DNA of 35,810 nt from Bacteroidales bacterium (GTDB lineage Bacteria > Bacteroidota > Bacteroidia > Bacteroidales > UBA1556): NCBI GenBank assembly GCA_029939445.1, contig JAOZSY010000004.1, positions 1 through 35,810 of the forward strand. The letters are read 5' to 3'. Of the stretch, positions 26,900 through 34,362 are shown piece after piece; the stretch's first letter is position 1; each line of letters opens with the position of its first letter. The notes under the pieces were generated by a model. It was not told the origin of the DNA. It worked only from the letters and a program-made list of their open reading frames with translations, and searched no databases. The position numbers and the translations under genes were made by a program.

Positions 26900-28261
26900 C
26901 TCTATCATTGGAAGTTTTTTATAATCTTTTTGAAATATGAAATTAATTCCAAAACGGATATTTCCATAGTTTACTGTATGAGGTGAAATAACGCCAATAA
27001 TATTATCTGTAGCAATATATACTTGTAATGGGTTAAAATTAGCGATTATACCTAATCCAAAATTTAGATAGTTATGATTAATTATAGTATAGCTAGCAGA
27101 CACCTTAAAATTATCGCTTAAATCTCTATAATATGAAGCTGTAAAAGAAGGATGTATAGTGTTCTTAAAGACTTCAAAACGAAATAAAACGCCTAAGGTT
27201 TCTTTATCACTGAATTGATAATCTACTCCCAAATATATTTTTGCTGTTAATGGAACCATGAAAACTTCTGAAGATTCAGTTATATCAAAAAGGTTGATTA
27301 ATGAATCAGTTATTTCAGTCATCTTATCCTCTATCTGTTTATCATCAAGTCCAATAAACTGAGTGGCATCAATTCCTTTATAAGTGAATTCTGTATTTGA
27401 GGTATATGTTTTTAAATATCTGTCGTAATTAATATATCCAATATCCAGAATTGATGCCGATAAATTCCATAGACGATTTAGTTTATATGTGGCACCAATG
27501 TCAAATCCTAAACCAAAGTTAGCGTCACTTTGCATATATTCTATCCAGTTTATTGCAGAATCTCCCATAAAATCAGGTAAAGAAGTGTTTATCACAAAAT
27601 CTGACTTAATTCCTAGATTGTAGTAATTTTCAGAAGTAGATAATTCTAGGTCTACATTTTCAGTATAAATTGCTGATTTACCAAAAAGAGCTTTGGTTTT
27701 AATTCCAATATTTAGCTTTTCATTAACATCCCATGCCATTCCTAAAGCATATTCTCTATAATGAAGAGCTTTAATGTCTAAAGGATCTAGATCAATTGTT
27801 TCACCAATAAATTGTGAATTGCCTTTAAGTGCGAGTTGAATTATTTTATCAGAGTATAATACATTAACATCAGTGATGTCAGATACCGATGCTGAGAAAT
27901 AAAAGTTCTTCCATTTCATTCCTCCGTATAACCATTGATGGGTGTTTCTGTTTGTAACGTTATTGTTTGATTCAAGATTGTTTAGAATACCATTAGTATT
28001 AAGTCCCAAAGAGTCGCCAGGAGTTACCATTAAAATTTCATCATACTTGGGTCCGCTAGTACCAAAACTTGTATACGTTGACGAAATACTAGGAGCTCCA
28101 AAGTGAAATTGATAATCAGGAATGAAAGCAGGATTTAGTAGGTTTGTTTGAGGAGCAGCCCTCATGCTATAGAACCCTAAATCATATTGCGCCATTAGCT
28201 TAGTCGACCATAAAGTTAGTAGGCTTATAATTATTATAGTATATGTGTATATATATCGCAT
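26894..28261 (-). CDS. Putative outer-membrane beta-barrel protein, family not recognised (third gene of a three-gene operon)
   Basis: 455 aa. The signal peptide ends in KLMAQ. Alternating hydrophobic strands run throughout, with a barrel-like near-terminal strand IRFGINFIF. The N-terminal motif QTNLLNPAF resembles the PorP/SprF-type NPGF motif. Confidence 0.5.
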   Translation of the reverse strand: MRYIYTYTIIIISLLTLWSTKLMAQYDLGFYSMRAAPQTNLLNPAFIPDYQFHFGAPSISSTYTSFGTSGPKYDEILMVTPGDSLGLNTNGILNNLESNNNVTNRNTHQWLYGGMKWKNFYFSASVSDITDVNVLYSDKIIQLALKGNSQFIGETIDLDPLDIKALHYREYALGMAWDVNEKLNIGIKTKALFGKSAIYTENVDLELSTSENYYNLGIKSDFVINTSLPDFMGDSAINWIEYMQSDANFGLGFDIGATYKLNRLWNLSASILDIGYINYDRYLKTYTSNTEFTYKGIDATQFIGLDDKQIEDKMTEITDSLINLFDITESSEVFMVPLTAKIYLGVDYQFSDKETLGVLFRFEVFKNTIHPSFTASYYRDLSDNFKVSASYTIINHNYLNFGLGIIANFNPLQVYIATDNIIGVISPHTVNYGNIRFGINFIFQKDYKKLPMIEL

Positions 28262-28269
28262 ATTTTATC

Positions 28270-29895
28270 CTAAAAGTCAGTATTATAATTAACTTTCATT
28301 GAAACTTGAAAATCTAGGCTATAGTCACTATAGATTTTTACAACTTTAGTTCCACTATCATAAGTTGATGATTTGCCTGAGACTATCATATGTGCAGCAT
28401 ATTTTAAGTTCTGTAACCTTTGATTTGTAATGCTTGCTGTTACAGTATAATACTCAGGTATAGAAACTCTATAATCAGGAGGTGGGCCAGGTATTGCGGC
28501 TTCAGTTAATGGAACTATGTCTGAAAATAATGAATCTATTACGATGTAATTTGTATCGGTTAAATATATTTGCATGGAAGCATCAAAAGGAAAATGGTTT
28601 ACTGTGTTGAAATTGACATCAATGCTATTTATTTCATCCCAATTGTATTCATTTTCAAGATTGATGGTTGTTGTATCGGTAAGCTCATATACAATATACC
28701 TGCCATAAAGTGGAATTTCAACTTCAGTTTGTATTGATATTTTTGATGTATCAATTACAAAATTCGGAATTATATCTCCAAGAGGATTAGCAGTGCTACT
28801 TCCTGAATAGAAAAATTTTTGCGGAAAGAAATTAATTACATCTACTATATTTGAATTATCTTGGTTAAATATAATAATTGTGGAATCGCTATATCCAACG
28901 TTATTAATATCAGGATAATTTATGGAGAATGTAGGTAATAAATTACTTGTAATATCTTTTATAACACCATCTTTTTCTACATACAGACTGTCAAAAGTTA
29001 TGTCAACAGGGATACCAAAGCTATTACTAAAATTAAGTTTTAACATTGCTTCTTCGAGGGAAGCGTCAAATATAGCACTATGGTTAAACATACTAATATC
29101 AATCTTTTGTAGATCTATATCAACAGTGTATTGGTCAAAATACCCAAATAGCTGATAGTAAGTTATGTTTTTTATTTCTTGAGAGAGACTTATACTATAT
29201 GGAGAATTATCAGCCTGATTTCCTTTCTTTACCAATACGTTGATAAACTCAGAAACCTTATTATCAATATCACCATTTGTGTTTATTTTAACCCAATAAT
29301 CAGCTAGGGATATGGTTTTTGTAACGCTAGTAGGGCTACTGCCATTATATGGTAAATCTATTTTTTGTTTTAAAGGCACTCCATATCGTGTAAAATCAGG
29401 AATAATTAGTTCCACATAGCTATCGTGATTGATATCTGTAGATACTTCAATAATAAAGTCGCCTTCTTTTACTAATATGCTATCAAACCTTTCGTTGGTA
29501 GGAGGGGCGAACTTTGCATTTAGTTGAAATAGATATAGTGCGCTGTCGCCTGTGGGAAGGCCTATTGGAAGTAGTAAACTTACAGTAGAGTCAAATTGCT
29601 GATCAGGAATGTCAATTACGTTATTTCCAACTTGAGTAATTTGTTCACTTCTGTAAACTATGCTTAAAAGCCCATTTGGATCTTCATACCAATAATCTTC
29701 GCCTCTATCAACAACCATTTGCATATCGAGCTTTCCGAAAAAAAGTGGCACGGCCATTTCTGGGTTCCATGATCCGCCAGAAAACTTATGTATCTTAAGA
29801 CGCTCCTTATAACATGAGTCTAATGTTGATAATGTAATTATTCCTATCAATAAACTAAGAAGAAGGTATTTTATGTCCATATTTGATTTAGTCAT
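28270..29895 (-). CDS. Putative lipoprotein, unknown function (second gene of the operon)
   Basis: 541 aa. Lipobox LSTLDSC after a hydrophobic signal; the true start may be the Met at 29880. The body is Asn/Ser/Ile-rich and beta-rich. The gene begins 11 nt after the upstream gene, and the downstream gene starts 8 nt after its stop. Confidence 0.55.
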   Translation of the reverse strand: MTKSNMDIKYLLLSLLIGIITLSTLDSCYKERLKIHKFSGGSWNPEMAVPLFFGKLDMQMVVDRGEDYWYEDPNGLLSIVYRSEQITQVGNNVIDIPDQQFDSTVSLLLPIGLPTGDSALYLFQLNAKFAPPTNERFDSILVKEGDFIIEVSTDINHDSYVELIIPDFTRYGVPLKQKIDLPYNGSSPTSVTKTISLADYWVKINTNGDIDNKVSEFINVLVKKGNQADNSPYSISLSQEIKNITYYQLFGYFDQYTVDIDLQKIDISMFNHSAIFDASLEEAMLKLNFSNSFGIPVDITFDSLYVEKDGVIKDITSNLLPTFSINYPDINNVGYSDSTIIIFNQDNSNIVDVINFFPQKFFYSGSSTANPLGDIIPNFVIDTSKISIQTEVEIPLYGRYIVYELTDTTTINLENEYNWDEINSIDVNFNTVNHFPFDASMQIYLTDTNYIVIDSLFSDIVPLTEAAIPGPPPDYRVSIPEYYTVTASITNQRLQNLKYAAHMIVSGKSSTYDSGTKVVKIYSDYSLDFQVSMKVNYNTDF

Positions 29896-29906
29896 TTACT
29901 CTTTTC

Positions 29907-32609
29907 TTAGTTCAATAAATAATTACTTACAATTCTGTCTTTCACACTTATAAGATGAGTGTCTCCCGATTTATTTGCTTTATAAATTAAGAAATATTGA
30001 CTGCCAAGGAATTCTTCATGTTTAGTGAAGACTCCTAATTCATTTCCAAATTCAAAAATACTTTTATTATTGTTAAAAACAATAATACTGCTACTGTCCT
30101 TTAATATATTTCCAATACTTTGAGGGTTTATACTAAAATCAAAATCAAATTTCTTTGACCATAATAATTTTTGCTTATCATTATATGCGTAGACTATATT
30201 TTTGTCATAAAAGACGAACTCCTTTTTCTTGTCTCCATTTATGTCAAATAAATAAAATCTATGTTTTGGACTAAAGTCTCTATAAAGTATCTTCTTAATG
30301 CTTCCATCTTTGTCAATAGCTATTACTCTTCCAGCAATATCAGTTGTTATTAGTTGATTGTTGTGTTTATAAAATTTGGTTCCTATATTATTTGTAAAAG
30401 CAAGTTTTGTTTCTATTCGAGCAACACCTTTTCTATTTGAAAATACAACATTTCCAATGGTATCGCAAAGGAGTATGAAATCCTTATTATTAATACTAAA
30501 ATGCTGAATTGTAGTAATAATATGCGATGGAAGTGTTGGCAATAACCAGCCTTTAGTAACTGAGCCATCAATCTGATAATTATGAATCGCTCCGTCATTT
30601 AGAGGGATTAGTATTCTATAATTTCTTTTATTATCATAGTCAATCAGGCTTAGGGGGGCAGTGGCTTCTGACTCTAGTTTTACAGGGAAGTTTTCAACAG
30701 AATTTCCATTTAGGTCGTACATATACATACTGCTCTTGGAATTAAATAGGAATTGATATTTGCCATTTTTATAATAGTCGACTATTTTAGGAGTGCCAAT
30801 TGGTAATTCAGGAACAGGAATTGCCCATTTTATTTCTCCAGCAGAATTAATCCTATACATTGTATTTTTTTCATCAAAAACAAGGATGTTATTCTCATTT
30901 GTATTATGATCTTTTATAATAAATGGACCGGCTTTTATATTATAATCTAAGGCTAGCTGCCAAGAGCTACTATTTACTTCTTCCTCTATATTATTAGTGC
31001 TTAGGTTAATAGAGGTGAAGGCGCCATTTGTATTTACAATAAATTGAATACATACATCTCCAAATTTGTTAGGATCAAAATTTGACTTATCTAGGTAGGA
31101 AATTGTGCTCTTATTCCAATAAGGGGTAGTTAAATCACTAATAAAATGTGCATTTGCATACAGCATTATATGCGACTCATTATTTAGAGTCTCACGAAAT
31201 TCATCAAAGCCTTTCCTTTTGGCAAGAGTTTTTTTAACGAGTATGCTATTGATATAATTCTTAATACTTGCTTTGGAGTTTGCAAACACAACATAGCTAT
31301 TTGTAGTAATATAATATGTTTCATTTAATGAGCTAAATGCACTTCCAAATAACTTAGGTAATAGATATGGAATGTGTATTTGTTGAATTACAAAAGTGCG
31401 GTATGTGTCTGTCTCAATAGTTATATCTTTATTATTACAGATTATTGAATTTAGCTCATGCAAACTTTTCTCTGTTTCTTTTAAATCGTATGAGTTCATT
31501 AATACAATACTCTGAGGACTTCCGTCATTATTAGCTTTATTTAAATAACATAATGCTAATTCGTTTTTTATCCATGGGTAAAAATACTTACTAATGTCAG
31601 TCATTAAATCTGCTTTATATTTCTTAATTGCAGCTACATTTTCAACATTGAAATCTGTTTTACTCTGTTGTTTAATGAATTTATTAAACTCATTGGCTCC
31701 CTGATAATATATGAAGCTCGTATTTGATGGAATATTCTCAAAGATATTTATGGTTGGTGCTTCATATTGAGAATAAGTTTTTAACCTACTAGGAATTGAA
31801 TCTGCAGAATAACTATATCCATTAAAATTAATATTGTCACTATTGGTTTTAATATCTAATACAGAATATTGAGTAAATTGTTTTAATTGTTTTATGGTAT
31901 TTGAATATTTATTTTCGCTTAATGAAGAAATAATTTTATAAAAATAATTGTGGTTTATATAAATATTTGCGGAAGCGTTTTTTCCTGCAATTTTAATAAT
32001 CTGTTTGATGCTTTTAGCTTTATTCTCCGATTCTATTTTTTGCTCGCCGATTACTTTCTTGACAAGAGATTCGTTTTTACTAATGCATATATTACCAATT
32101 ATATTTGCTATATAATAATTGTCTTCTGTGTTTTTATATTGGAATTTATAAATATCATTGCCTTCATATTCAGAAATAGAGTATTTACCAATTGTATTTA
32201 AAAGGTTGTTAATGTTCTCGTTAGGGATTATCTTATCAAAAGAAATACTTAATAAACTATTAAACTTAGTATTGCCAACATAGTGTAACGAATAATATAC
32301 CCTAGGTTTACTGAGATTATTTTTACTGATGATTTTGGTGGTATTCCATACAGAATCCATTGTTGCAAAAAGCAATGACACATTATTGTCAACTTCAATA
32401 ATATCCCATATTCTATATGCAGCATTTAGTTCAGGTCGCAATTTTGAATAGTCTGCAGCGCCAAAAATTAGTGCTGCATTATTAGGAATAATATACAAGG
32501 CATCCTTAGGTTGTTTGCTAATTTGAGTATATTTAATATACGCAAAATATAATCCCAATAATACAATAACTGCTATTATAATATATAGTAAAGACTTTAT
32601 AAACTTCAT
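29907..32609 (-). CDS. Large (900 aa) membrane-anchored protein with a beta-propeller-like C-terminal region, unknown function (first gene of the operon)
   Basis: Single N-terminal TM (LLYIIIAVIVLLGLYFAYI). The C-terminal ~350 aa show repeated strand-turn units with D/N-G turns (e.g. LFDINGDKKKEFVFYD, VIAIDKDGSIKK), reminiscent of FG-GAP/PQQ-type blades. Confidence 0.55.
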   Translation of the reverse strand: MKFIKSLLYIIIAVIVLLGLYFAYIKYTQISKQPKDALYIIPNNAALIFGAADYSKLRPELNAAYRIWDIIEVDNNVSLLFATMDSVWNTTKIISKNNLSKPRVYYSLHYVGNTKFNSLLSISFDKIIPNENINNLLNTIGKYSISEYEGNDIYKFQYKNTEDNYYIANIIGNICISKNESLVKKVIGEQKIESENKAKSIKQIIKIAGKNASANIYINHNYFYKIISSLSENKYSNTIKQLKQFTQYSVLDIKTNSDNINFNGYSYSADSIPSRLKTYSQYEAPTINIFENIPSNTSFIYYQGANEFNKFIKQQSKTDFNVENVAAIKKYKADLMTDISKYFYPWIKNELALCYLNKANNDGSPQSIVLMNSYDLKETEKSLHELNSIICNNKDITIETDTYRTFVIQQIHIPYLLPKLFGSAFSSLNETYYITTNSYVVFANSKASIKNYINSILVKKTLAKRKGFDEFRETLNNESHIMLYANAHFISDLTTPYWNKSTISYLDKSNFDPNKFGDVCIQFIVNTNGAFTSINLSTNNIEEEVNSSSWQLALDYNIKAGPFIIKDHNTNENNILVFDEKNTMYRINSAGEIKWAIPVPELPIGTPKIVDYYKNGKYQFLFNSKSSMYMYDLNGNSVENFPVKLESEATAPLSLIDYDNKRNYRILIPLNDGAIHNYQIDGSVTKGWLLPTLPSHIITTIQHFSINNKDFILLCDTIGNVVFSNRKGVARIETKLAFTNNIGTKFYKHNNQLITTDIAGRVIAIDKDGSIKKILYRDFSPKHRFYLFDINGDKKKEFVFYDKNIVYAYNDKQKLLWSKKFDFDFSINPQSIGNILKDSSSIIVFNNNKSIFEFGNELGVFTKHEEFLGSQYFLIYKANKSGDTHLISVKDRIVSNYLLN

Positions 32610-32688
32610 TAAATAATTCTAAACATTTGTGTTATATTTTTTTATACAGTTAATAACTATAATCTTATTGCTATCAGCTATTAATCAT

Positions 32689-32696
32689 CAAAAGTA
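32689..32696 (-). promoter_or_regulatory. Bacteroidota -7 box (TACTTTTG) upstream of the three-gene operon
   Basis: Exact TAnnTTTG match on the minus strand, 80 nt upstream of the ATG at 32609. Confidence 0.35.
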
Positions 32697-32756
32697 AGAA
32701 AAAAAATCTTCCCATTTTAGGATAAAAGATTATATAGTATTATTTTTAAAAAATCG

Positions 32757-32764
32757 TATATTTG
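32757..32764 (+). promoter_or_regulatory. Bacteroidota -7 box (TATATTTG) upstream of the 227-aa hypothetical gene
   Basis: Exact TAnnTTTG match. It overlaps the TTG start used by the ORF track (32762), which argues that the real start is the ATG at 32789. Confidence 0.4.
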
Positions 32765-32788
32765 ATAAAATATTTAAATGTATATCTA

Positions 32789-33472
32789 ATGAATAAAGAT
32801 ACTGAATCAAGAAAAGAGATTATTAAACTTTTAGCTACGAAATCGGTAACTAAATACGAGACTTTTGATAATACTGCAATTGTATTTGAACAAATAAAAA
32901 GTTCATTAAAAGAGCTTGCTAGTCAAGTTAAATCTGAGCTTAAGGAATTGGGTAAGAATATTCCTGTGGAGTATCAAGAGCGAGGAAAGTTTGAGGTAGA
33001 GTTTAAAGTAGCTGGAGACCTATTATTATTTTATATGCATACAAATATCTTTGAATTTCCAAAATCACATGCTGTAGTGCAGCAAAGTTATTTAAAGGAA
33101 GACCCAACAAGAGCATATTGTGGTGTTATAAGTGTATATAATTTTTTGGCAGACTCATTTAAGTATAATAGAATTAATGATGTAGGCTATTTAGTCAGTC
33201 GTATATTTATTAATAAGGATAATCATTTTCTATTGGAAGGCAAAAAACAATTGGGTTTTATGTTTAATAATTTTAGTACTCAAAAAATGAATAATGATTC
33301 TTTGCAAAAAATATTAGAAGCCACACTTGCGTATTCAATTGAACTTGACTTGCTGGTGCCAACTTTTAATTCAGTAAGCATTGTGAGTGTGGCAGAGATG
33401 CAAGATATCACATCTAGCATGGCTTTAAAGACGGGTAAACCACTGGGATTCAGGTATAAAGTAGATAAGTAG
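32789..33472 (+). CDS. Hypothetical cytoplasmic protein (227 aa), no recognisable domain
   Basis: Long clean ORF with no signal peptide or TM. It is divergently transcribed from the three-gene operon. The start is moved to the ATG at 32789 for the reason given in the promoter entry. Confidence 0.55.
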   Translation: MNKDTESRKEIIKLLATKSVTKYETFDNTAIVFEQIKSSLKELASQVKSELKELGKNIPVEYQERGKFEVEFKVAGDLLLFYMHTNIFEFPKSHAVVQQSYLKEDPTRAYCGVISVYNFLADSFKYNRINDVGYLVSRIFINKDNHFLLEGKKQLGFMFNNFSTQKMNNDSLQKILEATLAYSIELDLLVPTFNSVSIVSVAEMQDITSSMALKTGKPLGFRYKVDK

Positions 33473-33534
33473 AAAGGGTCTAAAAAAAATAGATTTATTT
33501 TGAATATATTATTAGGATGTGTAAAAATAAAGTA

Positions 33535-33542
33535 TATCTTTG
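33535..33542 (+). promoter_or_regulatory. Bacteroidota -7 box (TATCTTTG) upstream of tRNA-Glu
   Basis: Exact TAnnTTTG match 36 nt before the tRNA 5' end. Confidence 0.4.
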
Positions 33543-33577
33543 CAGTCCAATTAGAGAAGGTAAAACTTCTTGAAAAT

Positions 33578-33649
33578 GGTCCGTTCGTCTAGGGGTTAGG
33601 ACGCCAGGTTTTCATCCTGGTAACAGGGGTTCGATTCCCCTACGGACTA
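33578..33649 (+). tRNA. tRNA-Glu (anticodon UUC)
   Basis: The hand-folded cloverleaf totals 72 nt. Acceptor GGTCCGT/ACGGACT (G1-U72 wobble). D arm GTCT-AGGGGTTA-GGAC. Anticodon arm CCAGG-TTTTCAT-CCTGG, with TTC at positions 34-36. Variable loop TAAC. T arm AGGGG-TTCGATT-CCCCT. Discriminator A. No encoded CCA. Confidence 0.93.
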
Positions 33650-33677
33650 CTTTTTTTTATTTATAAAATGTTAAATT

Positions 33678-33929
33678 ATGGCTAATCATAAGTCTTCAAT
33701 AAAGAGAATTAAAACAAGCGAAAAGAAAAGAGTTCATAATAGATATTATGCTCGTAGTATGAGAAGTGCTATTCGTAAATTTCGTTTTTTAACAGATAAA
33801 AAAGAGGCAGAGCAAGGTCTTTCTTCTTTAGTATCGTTAATTGATAAAAATGCAAAACGTGGCATTATTCATAAGAAGAAAGCTTCGAATTTGAAATCAA
33901 AGCTAATGAAATATATGGGTACTTTATAG
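33678..33929 (+). CDS. rpsT: 30S ribosomal protein S20
   Basis: 83 aa. MANHKSSIKRIKTSEKKRVHNR is the canonical S20 N-terminus, and the protein is highly basic. Confidence 0.93.
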   Translation: MANHKSSIKRIKTSEKKRVHNRYYARSMRSAIRKFRFLTDKKEAEQGLSSLVSLIDKNAKRGIIHKKKASNLKSKLMKYMGTL

Positions 33930-33950
33930 TACTTGAAAAAATATTATTTA

Positions 33951-33981
33951 AGCCTCTAAATTTGTTTTTAGGGGCTTTTTT
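33951..33981 (+). terminator. Rho-independent terminator after rpsT
   Basis: Stem agcctctaaa (33951-33960) pairs with tttaggggct (33967-33976) with one G-U wobble, followed by a T-run. Confidence 0.7.
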
Positions 33982-34046
33982 AGTGTCGTTTTTTCGTCAG
34001 AAAGTTTTTTTCAAGTAAAGCTTATTGACTATTGCTCTATATATAT

Positions 34047-34119
34047 GGGTTATTTCGTCTAGGAGTTAGTATACCAGTTTTTTATCCTAATAATATGGCT
34101 TGATTCTTCTACAAATTAT
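34047..34119 (+). pseudogene. Decayed copy of tRNA-Glu (non-foldable tRNA pseudogene)
   Basis: Aligns end to end with the tRNA at 33578-33649: identical TTCGTCTAGG, then AGTTAG, CCAG, ATCCT, GATTC, CTAC blocks. The acceptor, anticodon and T stems no longer pair. Nearly all differences are G/C to A/T. Confidence 0.65.
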
Positions 34120-34120
34120 A

Positions 34121-34165
34121 AAAGCAGATTTTCAATTTTTATAATTGGAAGTCTGCTTTTGTATT
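34121..34165 (+). terminator. Terminator-like hairpin directly after the tRNA-Glu pseudogene
   Basis: 15-bp stem aaagcagattttcaa (34121-34135) with ttggaagtctgcttt (34145-34159), including two G-U wobbles, followed by a T-rich tract. Confidence 0.5.
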
Positions 34166-34300
34166 TATATAAGTACTATATGAATAACTATGACCATACT
34201 TAATTGCACATATCATTCCTTGCACAGTACAAAGGCAAACGTATTTAAATTTATAATGCGTTAGCCCATAGCATTATGTAAATTGTGATATAAATTACTT

Positions 34301-34308
34301 TATATTTG
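34301..34308 (+). promoter_or_regulatory. Bacteroidota -7 box (TATATTTG) upstream of the T9SS cargo gene
   Basis: Exact TAnnTTTG match 55 nt before the ATG at 34363, with a TTG at 34283-34285. Confidence 0.4.
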
Positions 34309-34362
34309 CTCTTCTATAAAGATCTATTATTCGTTGGTGTTTAATTAACTAATTTATCAATC

